Source: Candidatus Campbellbacteria bacterium (GTDB taxonomy: Bacteria > Patescibacteriota > Minisyncoccia > Phycocordibacterales > EsbW-18). Taken from it: 64,000 bases of DNA. Under the pieces are notes generated by a model. That model was not told the DNA's origin. It saw nothing but the letters and a program-made list of their open reading frames with translations, and did not search any database. Positions 47,255 to 56,853 of the stretch are shown here, in pieces (positions within the stretch are counted from its first letter, which is position 1; each line of letters begins with the position of its first letter). Made by a program: the position numbers and the translations under genes. The stretch spans positions 98,936 through 162,935 of the forward strand of contig JANLIT010000003.1 in NCBI GenBank assembly GCA_024653945.1. Reading direction: 5' to 3'.

Positions 47255-48145
47255 CTATTGTACCGCGGGGTACAAAGTAAATAGTGCCTTAATGCCCGCA
47301 AGGTTTCGTTCCCACTCGATTGTCTCGTGTGTTTGAAGTTCCACAGTAACAGCAGGAATGTTGATAGATGCAAGCCATCCTTCGGCGTCACCAGTAATCG
47401 GATATGCGTCAAATATTGTAACAGCGGGATATCCTGAAGCACCAGCATAGGCATTCATCACAGAAAGTGTCTCGGGAAGAATCCCCTTCTCACACTCTGA
47501 TGCATAGACCGCATTTGACTGACTGTGCCAAAAAACAACTGCAGACGGTGTATCTTTCAAGATAAAATCACGGAGAGCGGTGGTTTCTGGTTCAGAAAAT
47601 GCTGATGTTCCTGCAGAAACTATTTGTGAACGCCACGTACTTTCGCTCTTCCATTTACAATCAAAATTACGATTCAAATCAACACCGTGCGCATTGAATC
47701 GCCCCGATGCGGCAACCTCTTGAGACGAGGAAACATCTGCACTGGTAAAACGTCCATCTTTACCAACTACCTTAAAGACACCGTCGGGATTGGCGGATGG
47801 AATAACGGTAATGGTTAGGTTGGTAGGAATAATTGTGGGGTTTGCCGTGAGAAAATCCATGAATTGATATGCAAGAAGTACACTATTCCATTCATATCCG
47901 CCATGTATTCCGCCCACAAATAATAGGTGTATCGCTCCTGTCCCGTATGTGTACGCATCAATAGTACGGCCTTGCACAGACGTACCAATCACCTCATGTG
48001 TACCTACATTCTCTGTCTTCTCATCTGGTATTGGTAGTGGTTCGAGTGTCTTTCCACGCAGACTGAAAAAGACAAATACACCTATACCAAGTACAGCGAG
48101 AATACCAATAACTGTGACGATTCGCCTCAAAGAGAAAGATCGCAT
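47255..48145 (-). CDS. M14-family zinc carboxypeptidase-like protein (paralog 1), membrane-anchored
   Basis: VDLNRNF, FSEPET, HS..N M14 signatures; N-terminal transmembrane segment. Confidence 0.7.
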   Translation of the reverse strand: MRSFSLRRIVTVIGILAVLGIGVFVFFSLRGKTLEPLPIPDEKTENVGTHEVIGTSVQGRTIDAYTYGTGAIHLLFVGGIHGGYEWNSVLLAYQFMDFLTANPTIIPTNLTITVIPSANPDGVFKVVGKDGRFTSADVSSSQEVAASGRFNAHGVDLNRNFDCKWKSESTWRSQIVSAGTSAFSEPETTALRDFILKDTPSAVVFWHSQSNAVYASECEKGILPETLSVMNAYAGASGYPAVTIFDAYPITGDAEGWLASINIPAVTVELQTHETIEWERNLAGIKALFTLYPAVQ

Positions 48146-48164
48146 TACTCCAAATTAGTCAGTT

Positions 48165-49067
48165 TTATTTAGTGTAGGCCTTAAAGAGTGCCTCGATACC
48201 AGCCTTGTTTTTTGCCCACTCAGTGTCGGTGTGGTTAGTGAGAAGAACGCTGATTGCAGGAATGTTGTTCTTGGCCAACCAATTCACCATGTCACCTGTT
48301 GTCTCGTAGAAATCAAAGCTTTCGTATGCAGGATATCCAGAAGCTTTTGCATATGCGTTTGTCACCGCGAGTGTCTCTGGAGGAACGGGGCCATTACAAC
48401 TTGATGCATAGACACCACCAGCGGCGCTGTACCACACAACAACTGCAGTAGGATCAAGTGCGTTTACATAATCACGGACAGCTTTACTTTCTGGTTCAGA
48501 AAATACGCTCGTTCCACCGGAAACCGATTTGTTCTGCCATGTACCTGTTGCTTGCCAGTCACAATCAAAGTTTCGATTGAGGTCAACATTGTTTGCATTG
48601 AAACGACCAGACACAGCAACTGCTTGTGATGGTGAAACATCTGCTGATGTAAAACGTCCATCAGTACCCACAACTTTAGTAAGACCGTCTGGGTTCACTA
48701 CTGGAATAACACTAACCTGTATGTTTGCGGGGATAGCAGAAGGATTTGCTTTCAAATAGTCCATCAATTCATATGCAACCTGAACCGTGTTCCATTCATA
48801 TCCGCCGTGTATACCTCCAACAAAGAGAAGTTTTGTACTACCTTTGCCGTAGTTGTAGGCAAGAATGTCGCGCCCTTGCACAGACGTACCAATAACAACT
48901 TGGGCCTTATCACCCTGGTCTTCACCAGGAGGTACAACCACCGTGGTTGTAGTCGTAGTTGTTGTTGCAACTGGATTAGGCACATCTACTGTCTTTTGTT
49001 TCATCAAAAAATAACCACCAACAATAATGAGAATAATGACGACGAGTGCAATGATTGTTTTTTTCAT
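48165..49067 (-). CDS. M14-family zinc carboxypeptidase-like protein (paralog 2), membrane-anchored
   Basis: Same motifs (VDLNRNF, FSEPES); ~55% identity to the neighbouring paralog by eye; Thr-rich linker. Confidence 0.7.
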   Translation of the reverse strand: MKKTIIALVVIILIIVGGYFLMKQKTVDVPNPVATTTTTTTTVVVPPGEDQGDKAQVVIGTSVQGRDILAYNYGKGSTKLLFVGGIHGGYEWNTVQVAYELMDYLKANPSAIPANIQVSVIPVVNPDGLTKVVGTDGRFTSADVSPSQAVAVSGRFNANNVDLNRNFDCDWQATGTWQNKSVSGGTSVFSEPESKAVRDYVNALDPTAVVVWYSAAGGVYASSCNGPVPPETLAVTNAYAKASGYPAYESFDFYETTGDMVNWLAKNNIPAISVLLTNHTDTEWAKNKAGIEALFKAYTK

Positions 49068-49266
49068 CTTATGAGAGACCTAGCGTCTAATTATATTTTT
49101 TATAAATACCACCTAAATTCTATAGGGCACCGCCCATTTCATCACTTCCCGTCAATCTCTAACGGGATTCATATGCCATATAGTATACGGCAAAAACTAC
49201 CTACTAGCCAACACCCCAAAATCCCCTTATGTTGTAAGGCTTTCTTGGTTCCATTGACCCAACAAT

Positions 49267-49851
49267 TTATACAAAAAAGAAAAAAATGCTGTGACTATAC
49301 TTCAAGAGATATTCTCCAAAGAATACGTATGTAGCGACAATTATGGACTCTCCTATACAAATACCGAGAATAAACTTGTGTACATTAACCCGTAGTGTCC
49401 CACACACGTAACAAATAATATCCGTTGGTAAAAATGGTGACACCGCCCAAAAAATAATAATCGGCAGCTCGTTCTTTTCAAGCGCACTTTTTATTTGCGC
49501 AACCCGTTCATGGTGGTGTTTTTCAAAAAACAAATCAAGGTGCAGGAACTCTGAAAAATAATACACACTCAGAGAGGAAACAATAATACCTGCCATTATA
49601 AGTATGAAGAGTGGAAGTGGCTCAAAAAATAAGAGTCCAGCAATAATGAGATATGTTGATGGGATGAGCGTAAAACCGCGTAGTGATCCTACAACCAAAA
49701 GTATCGCATACCCGAGATAGACTGATACCCCCATCACACGAGCAAGCTGCCCTTGAAAAAAGGTTGGATGAAAAAAATACATATACAGCCCCCCGAGAAG
49801 CAAGGTAAGCCAGAGAAGAACAAAATATGCTTTTGAACGAAGAAAAGACAT
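49267..49851 (-). CDS. TVP38/TMEM64 (DedA-superfamily) membrane protein
   Basis: Transmembrane topology and PFLPTDIICYVCG motif. Confidence 0.55.
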   Translation of the reverse strand: MSFLRSKAYFVLLWLTLLLGGLYMYFFHPTFFQGQLARVMGVSVYLGYAILLVVGSLRGFTLIPSTYLIIAGLLFFEPLPLFILIMAGIIVSSLSVYYFSEFLHLDLFFEKHHHERVAQIKSALEKNELPIIIFWAVSPFLPTDIICYVCGTLRVNVHKFILGICIGESIIVATYVFFGEYLLKYSHSIFFFFV

Positions 49852-49866
49852 TGGTATGTTTAAAAA

Positions 49867-50511
49867 TTATGGGTAGTTTCTACCGTCTCCGGTTATTGGG
49901 ATTTCCTCCCCCAGATATTTTGGCTCTGTATGAAACATGAGATCAAGTACTGCCTTCTCATTGGCAAAAACCTCGCGAATAGTGTTGCGGAAAAGAATAT
50001 TTCCAACATCCGCATTTACCCCATACGCTTGTATTCCGAGTCGGCGTGCAATAAAAACAGAACGAGGTAAATGGAACGACTGTGTGGTAATGAGCACGGA
50101 AGAAACCCCAAAAATGTCACGCGCACGATACATGGTGCTATAGGTATCAAAACCTGCGTGGTCAAGAAAAATATCCTGGTCGGGAACACCCCTATGTATA
50201 AGATAAAGGCGAACTGGATTCACCTCATTGTGACTCACGGTGCTGTTGTCGCCAGAAACAAGAATTTTTGACACCTTTCTTGCTTCATACAATCTAATGG
50301 CCATTTCAACACGGTCTACAAAAATAGGTGAGAGTGTACCATCTCCTAAAACAGCCGCCCCAGGAATAAGTGCCGCCTCGGCATCTGGAGCAGATGTAAC
50401 GTCACTATATATGTATGGTTTAGTCCCTACATAGATAACACTATTGGTGACAAAAATAAAAGCAATTAAAAAACACAAGCTCACCAGAACATACAGTTTG
50501 AAACGCTTCAT
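49867..50511 (-). CDS. SanA/YdcF (DUF218) family protein
   Basis: ILVSGDNSTVSHNEVNPV...LDHAGFDTYSTMYRA...TQSFHLPRSVFIARRLG. Confidence 0.7.
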   Translation of the reverse strand: MKRFKLYVLVSLCFLIAFIFVTNSVIYVGTKPYIYSDVTSAPDAEAALIPGAAVLGDGTLSPIFVDRVEMAIRLYEARKVSKILVSGDNSTVSHNEVNPVRLYLIHRGVPDQDIFLDHAGFDTYSTMYRARDIFGVSSVLITTQSFHLPRSVFIARRLGIQAYGVNADVGNILFRNTIREVFANEKAVLDLMFHTEPKYLGEEIPITGDGRNYP

Positions 50512-50707
50512 TCCCTAAGTATACGCTACTTTGAAATCTTCCTATCAAGACTTTTTTAAACCAGCTAGGAGAAATACGAGACCGATTGCAACCCAGAAGG
50601 AAACCATAGGCCAATTGCGGGTCTGAATTGCTTGGATGACTGCAACTCCAAAAAATAAAATAAATATCGTAATGTTTGTACCTACTGTATTCATGTGTGG
50701 GTGTATT

Positions 50708-51241
50708 TCAGAGTGCCCTTCCCCACGGAGTACCCAGTTTCGGCAAAAGATAACGGTCTATGCCAATGTAGCCAGCAACTTTCCATGCAAGAATCAATCC
50801 GATTGAAAGGGTGAAGAGTACGGGGTTTGAGCTCACCGTGCCTGCGAGCAGATAGTTCAAATTCATAAAGAGACCAAAGAATGCCGCAATGCCCGTGAAA
50901 AGACCAAGAATAAGTGCTATGCCGACCACCAATTCTCCCCACGCAACGAGGTGTGACCAGAAGACCGGGTATGCGAGCACAACATTTTGTAGAAAGTCTG
51001 CATACCATCCCTGTACGTCAGGATGTGCGCCAGCCGTTTTAGTTAGAGCCTTGGTAAGAAAACCGGTAATAGCACCTCCGGCGCCAGACCCAACCCACGC
51101 ATCGCTGGTAACTTTGGCCCAACCAGCTACAAGCCATTCGTATCCGACATAGAGTCGTACAAAAAGCCAGAACCAAGCAACTTTCGTGTTGTTAAATAAA
51201 AAATGAGAAATCGGTGACTCCTCAATGTGGTAATGTTGCAT
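50708..51241 (-). CDS. DoxX-family membrane protein
   Basis: 4 transmembrane segments with a DoxX-like conserved pattern; GC-rich. Confidence 0.6.
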   Translation of the reverse strand: MQHYHIEESPISHFLFNNTKVAWFWLFVRLYVGYEWLVAGWAKVTSDAWVGSGAGGAITGFLTKALTKTAGAHPDVQGWYADFLQNVVLAYPVFWSHLVAWGELVVGIALILGLFTGIAAFFGLFMNLNYLLAGTVSSNPVLFTLSIGLILAWKVAGYIGIDRYLLPKLGTPWGRAL

Positions 51242-51359
51242 AAAAATGAATGTGGCTAGTAATAAGATAATTGTACCTCAAAATATGGTTGCTGGCTGTG
51301 TGCCTCGCCCATAGGCTACGGCCGGGGGGGGACGATGTTGGAACCATAATAACACCGAA

Positions 51360-52610
51360 TTAACCTTGCTCCGCTAGTCCAGCGAGTGCTTTTAATTTAC
51401 TCCTCTCTATCTTATTTAAGAAAAATAGACTTACTACCAGAAGCAGAGCAAGCGAGGCAAGTCCTGTTTGATATCCTCGAACATTCTCTCCGACAACAAC
51501 AAGAACAATGCTCCATATAGCGGGACCAACAAATGTTGCAAACCTCTCTGCAACGACATAATAACTAAAAGAAGAAGCTACGAGGTTTGGTGGAGCAAGT
51601 TCCCCTACAAGGGCTCTGCTTATCCCCCACACTGGACCAAATAATATCCCAGCAAATAGAAAGATTGGGACGAGTATCTTAAAATCTGTGACCAACACCA
51701 TCGCCAGAAAAATGAAACACCACGTTATAAGAATCATTTTCAAAACCTTTAGATTTCCTTTTTTGTCAGCAATTTTACCAAAGAGAACTGCTCCTGCGGC
51801 CGCAAGAACAAGAATGCCTGCGGTAAGAATAGATTTTACAGTGTCAGTTGTCTGATGCACGGTTTCTAAGTAAAGCGGAAAATTATTGGCAAATGTAAGC
51901 ATCACATCACTGAATAAAAAGTAGGCAATCAAAAGAAGCGCCAAGGGTTTATATGCAAAAACTTCTTTGAACAAAGACACGAGGGTTGGTCGAGGTTCAA
52001 TACTATTCTTAATCAAAACTATATTTTGATCCTCTCGATAAAAAAGAAGCATGGGCAATGCAAGTAATCCAAAAAGGATTGTGGCGGGCAACAAAGCCTG
52101 TGCCCTTCCCGGATCACCAAATAACGTAATTCCATTTACAAAAGGAAGAGTAATCAAAACTCCTACCACCTGACCAAGTGAGTTTGCACCTTGCCCTATT
52201 CCTGATTTCCATGAACGATCAGTACCATTCGACAAATCATTTAACATCGGAGTAAAGTACAAGAAACAGGTAAGGTACGTATACGTTGAAAGTGCATATA
52301 CCACTGTAACCAAAGCCTCTGCGCCATCCGAAAGCATCGTGAGTAGAGCCACTACTAAATATCCGATGAAAGTAAGAGCGGTCCAGAAGCGAAGCCCTAT
52401 AATTTTTACTTTTAGGGTATCAATTTTCTTACTTATGATAGGTGCCGTAAAAATAAAAAGAACAGAGGCAACAACGAGCGCAATGTTATACCACCAAGCG
52501 GGCTTCCCCTGATCGATAACAAGCCATTGTGAAAAATAAAATAGAAATCCCATTAAAACTATGGAATTTGCAAAATCGTAGAGGGACCACAAAAACAATT
52601 TTTTATTCAT
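51360..52610 (-). CDS. MFS transporter (UMF1-like)
   Basis: LWSLYDFANSIV N-terminal signature; 12 transmembrane helices. Confidence 0.7.
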   Translation of the reverse strand: MNKKLFLWSLYDFANSIVLMGFLFYFSQWLVIDQGKPAWWYNIALVVASVLFIFTAPIISKKIDTLKVKIIGLRFWTALTFIGYLVVALLTMLSDGAEALVTVVYALSTYTYLTCFLYFTPMLNDLSNGTDRSWKSGIGQGANSLGQVVGVLITLPFVNGITLFGDPGRAQALLPATILFGLLALPMLLFYREDQNIVLIKNSIEPRPTLVSLFKEVFAYKPLALLLIAYFLFSDVMLTFANNFPLYLETVHQTTDTVKSILTAGILVLAAAGAVLFGKIADKKGNLKVLKMILITWCFIFLAMVLVTDFKILVPIFLFAGILFGPVWGISRALVGELAPPNLVASSFSYYVVAERFATFVGPAIWSIVLVVVGENVRGYQTGLASLALLLVVSLFFLNKIERSKLKALAGLAEQG

Positions 52611-52666
52611 TTTCAGTTGTTGACCCTGTGGGATGATGGTGGAACCTTTTTTATAAACTCAGACTG

Positions 52667-53092
52667 CTAATTATTTTCTTGAAAAATTTGCACTAGGGTT
52701 TTGTAAAAAAGAGACAAAACCACTGTTACTACAGTAATCACTATTTTTGTTAAAACACTAAAGTCCGTATAAATAGATACTGATAGGGCAAGGATAAGTC
52801 CCACAAGAACCGCAGAATAGTTTATTTCCTCTCTAAAATACTTAAATATATAAACACTCCAATCAAACCTTATTATATTGTGTTTTCCACATCTATTACA
52901 GATAAGGACTATATTACGAATTTGTTGATGGAAAACATTCGTAGCCAACACCTCATTGCAATTTCCACACTCAAAGTCGTACCCATCTTCATCACCACCT
53001 CTCATTATGACAGAACCTTCTTGCACTTTTAAAATTGCATGACTTTGGGCGTCAACCTCAGAAATAACGGATAGCTTAATGATATTCTTCAT
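52667..53092 (-). CDS. Hypothetical Zn-ribbon (CGNC...CNRC) protein with C-terminal transmembrane segment
   Basis: Two CxxC pairs 20 aa apart; C-terminal hydrophobic helix. Confidence 0.4.
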   Translation of the reverse strand: MKNIIKLSVISEVDAQSHAILKVQEGSVIMRGGDEDGYDFECGNCNEVLATNVFHQQIRNIVLICNRCGKHNIIRFDWSVYIFKYFREEINYSAVLVGLILALSVSIYTDFSVLTKIVITVVTVVLSLFYKTLVQIFQENN

Positions 53093-53214
53093 CTTGATTA
53101 TTTATTCTTTAGTTGCTCCTTTTGCGTACTACTAACTATAAATATCGTGTTGCTGGACTAGAACTCGGTCACGAGTTACTAAGTACCCCCAACCCATCTC
53201 GATCTAGCCTTGTT

Positions 53215-53781
53215 TTATTCCATTCTGTCGAAAGTAAACCATCGCAACTTCCTTACCGGAATCCCATACTTCTCCTCAATAACCCAAGCGGCATTGTTGA
53301 AAATCGCATCTTTCCAGTCATACCCAATTTTTAAAACCACCTTCTTTAAATCACCCTCATTTTCAGCTTCGAGTTCGACATAGGTCGGAATACGGGGCCA
53401 TGTGTCAATGTCGAACGTAACCCCATCCAACTCAAGTGTGTGGCGCTTTTTCTGCTGATGACGGTACGGTACAAGTCCCACCTTCTCAAAGAGTAACTCA
53501 GCCTTTTTATAGTCACTTACATCAAACTCTATTTCATACGCACCATCTACCGCATGAGCATTATGTTCTTTATATGAAAGCTTTACCCTCTCTCCCGTTT
53601 TCCTTATCCGAACAAAACGATTTGCTTCCTTCCACTTAAGAGCTTGATCGTAAATAATTGTTTCTTCGAGCATCACTTCACCTAAATCTTTTGCGCCAAG
53701 ACCAAGCAGGATTTTAACCAACTTATCTTTATCTATCTCCAAAAATCTGCATTCTATTTCTTTGTGTTCCATGTTTTTCAA
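53215..53781 (-). CDS. CYTH-domain protein (CyaB/triphosphate tunnel metalloenzyme family)
   Basis: N-terminal EIECRFL (ExExK-type) signature and size. Confidence 0.7.
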   Translation of the reverse strand: MKNMEHKEIECRFLEIDKDKLVKILLGLGAKDLGEVMLEETIIYDQALKWKEANRFVRIRKTGERVKLSYKEHNAHAVDGAYEIEFDVSDYKKAELLFEKVGLVPYRHQQKKRHTLELDGVTFDIDTWPRIPTYVELEAENEGDLKKVVLKIGYDWKDAIFNNAAWVIEEKYGIPVRKLRWFTFDRME

Positions 53782-53835
53782 TTTTAACTTAAGTATTCAT
53801 TTTTCAATAAGCAAGTACCTTCTTTTGAGGCATTT

Positions 53836-53869
53836 CAATCACCTGACTTAGCATAAGCGTGTTGGCTGA
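53836..53869. repeat. 34-nt conserved upstream element, copy 1 (upstream of the CYTH gene)
   Basis: TCAATCACCTGACTTAGCATAAGCGTGTTGGCTG; 32/34 identical to 54659-54692. Confidence 0.6.
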
Positions 53870-54002
53870 GTCAGTCTGAAACCTTGCCCAACAAGACCGT
53901 TGAGGGGTTTCTGAGACGATTTCAGTATAGCAGAACGAGGCCTCTCAGTCGGGTCTCGATAGATACGATAGACAGTAAAAAGACTGGTGGGGTGTCTATG
54001 TT

Positions 54003-54611
54003 TTAGTCCTGATGAAACATCCCCTTGGACACCCCTTCGTTTCGGATTAGTTCATAAAACATCGTTAAAACTTTTGAAAAAGAGTGTCGAGGAAGCTGGC
54101 GTGCATCAAGTGCAGAGACGGTGGCATGTTCCTCTTCCATTTTTCCTTTCCATCCAATTTCAAATGTCGTTCGGTGAACAACGGAATCAAACCGATCAAT
54201 TGACTTCACAGCTTTTGCTTCTGGTGTTTCTTTTGCTTCACACTCTTCCCACAGTTTTAATACTTCATCTCGAAGATCGTCTGGAAGTTTTGTTGTCATG
54301 CTATGTATCGCCGCTCGTTCTTTTTCCTCTTTATTCACTCTCGAATCGGTATCCCACGTTTTTGTGTCACCGGTCTGTATCTCTGCAAGGTCGTGTATGA
54401 GTGCCATCTTGAGCATCTTTTCACCGTCTAGTTTTGTTTCAAACTCCTTTTCAAGACGAGGTTTCAGGAGCATGCAAGTTACTGCAACAGACCATGAGTG
54501 TTCTGCGTCGTTTTCGTATCCACCGTTCGGTTGGGGTGTGAAACGATAGGTATGATGAAGTTTCCTTATCTCCTTAAGAAAGTCCAGTATCTGTCCTATA
54601 TCTTTTTCCAT
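54003..54611 (-). CDS. HD-domain phosphohydrolase (YfbR-like 5'-deoxynucleotidase)
   Basis: H..HD...E..GD metal-binding pattern (AEHSWSV...LIHDLAEIQTGD). Confidence 0.8.
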   Translation of the reverse strand: MEKDIGQILDFLKEIRKLHHTYRFTPQPNGGYENDAEHSWSVAVTCMLLKPRLEKEFETKLDGEKMLKMALIHDLAEIQTGDTKTWDTDSRVNKEEKERAAIHSMTTKLPDDLRDEVLKLWEECEAKETPEAKAVKSIDRFDSVVHRTTFEIGWKGKMEEEHATVSALDARQLPRHSFSKVLTMFYELIRNEGVSKGMFHQD

Positions 54612-54658
54612 ATTTTTATTCTATCACACGCCATATTCGAGATAGTGAGCTATACCTC

Positions 54659-54692
54659 TCAATCACCTAACGTAGCATAAGCGTGTTGGCTG
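54659..54692. repeat. 34-nt conserved upstream element, copy 2 (upstream of the HD gene)
   Basis: TCAATCACCTAACGTAGCATAAGCGTGTTGGCTG. Confidence 0.6.
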
Positions 54693-54713
54693 TATGGGAC
54701 GATGGTAGAATAC

Positions 54714-55283
54714 TTATTTTGAGGTCAGGATACCAAGATCTTTAAAAATTTGAGGCAATTCCTTAAAGCCATCATCCTCTGTTATGTGACCAGCATTATG
54801 AAGGACAACGACCTCCGTTCCCAATTGTTTGAATCCAGCAACGTTTTCTTTAAAAAATCCATAAGGATCATTGTCCGAGATAAGAAGGGCTGAGCGAGAT
54901 ATTACTCCCTTTATCTTTTCTTTACTAATTGGGGTCTCTATCCATGGTCTCGCAATTTCTTTTACCTCATCGCCTTCTAGGTTTGCTAGATTAAACCAAC
55001 CAGCAACAAACACTGCACCACCAATCGGAGTATTGATTGACTCTAAATAACGGAGAATCGTCTGACACCCAATCGAGTGACCAATGAAATATGTATTTTC
55101 GTCCGGTGTTCCAACTGCAGATGCCAAATGATTTACCCAGCTCTCGATAACGGGGGTATCTGTACTTGGCATTTCAAGAACAAAAACCTCGTAACTCTTG
55201 TTTTCTAATTCTTTTTTAAGCCACGGTCGCCAATCATCACTTGCGCCCCCCGACCATCGATGAACAATAAATGCGCGTTTCAT
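54714..55283 (-). CDS. YdeN/RBBP9-like alpha/beta serine hydrolase
   Basis: GHSIGC (GxSxG) and ~190-aa size; start set at MKRAF, because the longer ORF reads through tRNA-Gln and the leader. Confidence 0.7.
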   Translation of the reverse strand: MKRAFIVHRWSGGASDDWRPWLKKELENKSYEVFVLEMPSTDTPVIESWVNHLASAVGTPDENTYFIGHSIGCQTILRYLESINTPIGGAVFVAGWFNLANLEGDEVKEIARPWIETPISKEKIKGVISRSALLISDNDPYGFFKENVAGFKQLGTEVVVLHNAGHITEDDGFKELPQIFKDLGILTSK

Positions 55284-55295
55284 AAAAGTGTTTGT

Positions 55296-55365
55296 TGCTG
55301 GGCTTGGATTCGAACCAAGGTGACGACTTTCAGAGAGTCGCATCCTACCGCTAGATGACCCAGCA
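55296..55365 (-). tRNA. tRNA-Gln (anticodon CUG)
   Basis: Acceptor GCUGGGU/GCCCAGC, anticodon stem CGACU/AGUCG with loop CUCUGAA, T-arm UUGGUUCGAAUCCAA. Confidence 0.85.
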
Positions 55366-55370
55366 ATACA

Positions 55371-55477
55371 TAGTTGTGTCCTACTACGACTCGGCCAAAG
55401 GCCTCGCTTGCACTGCTGTTTGTATTCAATCGCTTTGCTCTTGAACAAACAGGGAGCGTTAGATGACCCAGCAAAGT
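55371..55477 (-). other. Conserved structured leader upstream of tRNA-Gln (copy B)
   Basis: Same 45-nt block as 3206-3250; this copy's hairpin is CUGUUUGU..ACAAACAG (8 bp perfect) at the position of the other copy's different perfect hairpin; its 5' block TGCTGGGTCATCTAACG mimics the 5' end of tRNA-Gln(CUG). Confidence 0.45.
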
Positions 55478-55552
55478 AGCTACACAATGCCCTATTTTGG
55501 GGCTTTTTTCAATCCCCTTTCGTTAGCACGGCAGTGAGCGTACACTTTATGT

Positions 55553-55867
55553 ATGATAGTACAAAAATACATTGAGTATCTTAAAGATAATCCTGAAAAA
55601 TACTGGTTCAAACGAAAAATATTTGGGTGGGGTTGGACTCCTGCAACGTGGCAGGGTTGGCTGATACTTCTGCTCTTTATCGCTTTGATAGTTGGCAATG
55701 CGTACCGAACAGATACCCAATCACTCTCTGGTGATGTACCCGTCGCATTTCTTGTGCAAACATTCATCCTTGTGATTGTTCTTATTGCAATCTGTTACAA
55801 AACTGGAGAAAAACCACGATGGCAGTGGGGCTTTCCTAAAAAAGACAATGACATCCCACGCACTTAG
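55553..55867 (+). CDS. Hypothetical small membrane protein
   Basis: Two transmembrane helices; Trp-rich N-terminus. Confidence 0.45.
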   Translation: MIVQKYIEYLKDNPEKYWFKRKIFGWGWTPATWQGWLILLLFIALIVGNAYRTDTQSLSGDVPVAFLVQTFILVIVLIAICYKTGEKPRWQWGFPKKDNDIPRT

Positions 55868-56189
55868 GCTTAGACAAACTGATACAGGTATTTTTGAAGA
55901 AGTGCGTAGTGGTCTAAAAAGTATTGAAACGCGCGCGGGTACACCTCGACATCAGAATATCAAAGTTGGAGACGAGTTGATTTTTGTGTGCGGAAAAAAT
56001 CGGTTCTCAAAGAAAGTTACCAAAATATATCATTGGCCGAGCGTTGATGGTATGGTCAAGGAAATTCCTTTCAAGAAAGTGATGCCGAGTATTTCTTCGA
56101 TTGAGGAAATGAAAAAAATCTACAACTCCTATCCGAACTACACCGAAAAAATAAAAGAGTTTGGTCTTCTTGGTTTTGTGCTTGTATAG
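55848..56189 (+). CDS. ASCH-domain protein
   Basis: ASCH-like ...ETR......I..GD.LIFV pattern; start chosen at MTSHALRL. Confidence 0.5.
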   Translation: MTSHALRLRQTDTGIFEEVRSGLKSIETRAGTPRHQNIKVGDELIFVCGKNRFSKKVTKIYHWPSVDGMVKEIPFKKVMPSISSIEEMKKIYNSYPNYTEKIKEFGLLGFVLV

Positions 56190-56636
56190 ATATTAACTTG
56201 CGCGAGTTGTTCGTACCTATATCTAGACTCAACATCGCGGATAAGATGTGTCATAAAAAAAATATTTTTATTTGGTTTTGGTATTGGCGTTTCGGTTATC
56301 AAAGCACTTACACACCATCTAGCAAAAGACTCTCCTCTGCGTGAAATTGTTATTGTGACAGGTTCAAGAGATGAAAATGACGTTCTGTACAAAGAGTTTT
56401 TTGAAGATGTGGCACAAAAGAACACGAACGTCTCATATACATACACCATATCTCGTCCATCTGAACACACACCTTTAAAACACACAGGGCACATTCAAGA
56501 CCATATTAAAAACCTACAATTTGATATCAGTGATGTCTATGTGTGTGGTCAAGAGAAGGCATGCAACGATCTTGTGGAAAAAATCCAAATGACAAAACCA
56601 GAGGACTGTGTCTTTTTCGTGGAGGCCTTCCATTAA
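56190..56636 (+). pseudogene. Remnant of an FNR-like oxidoreductase (NAD(P)-binding domain only; no start, FAD domain missing)
   Basis: The in-frame read from the ASCH stop gives ...FGFGIGVSVIKALTHHL...DVYVCGQEKACNDLV...VFFVEAF, typical of the C-terminal NAD-binding half of FNR-family reductases; no ATG and no FAD-binding RxYS region. Confidence 0.45.
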
Positions 56637-56853
56637 CACCCCTCGGACACCAAATGACGTGTTTTATGTTTTTCTTTTTGTCTCTTTTTTAAAAGAGTGT
56701 CTTTTTTGGTCAATGTAAGAAACCTTTTTTGAAGTACCTTCTGGACCTACCTCCCATTTCGTGTCCGTGCACTTTTTCCACAGTTTTTTATACCCGTTCG
56801 TGGGTAGACACGAGTATAATGCATACACCTTTATAAAGTAATTCTTTTATCCT

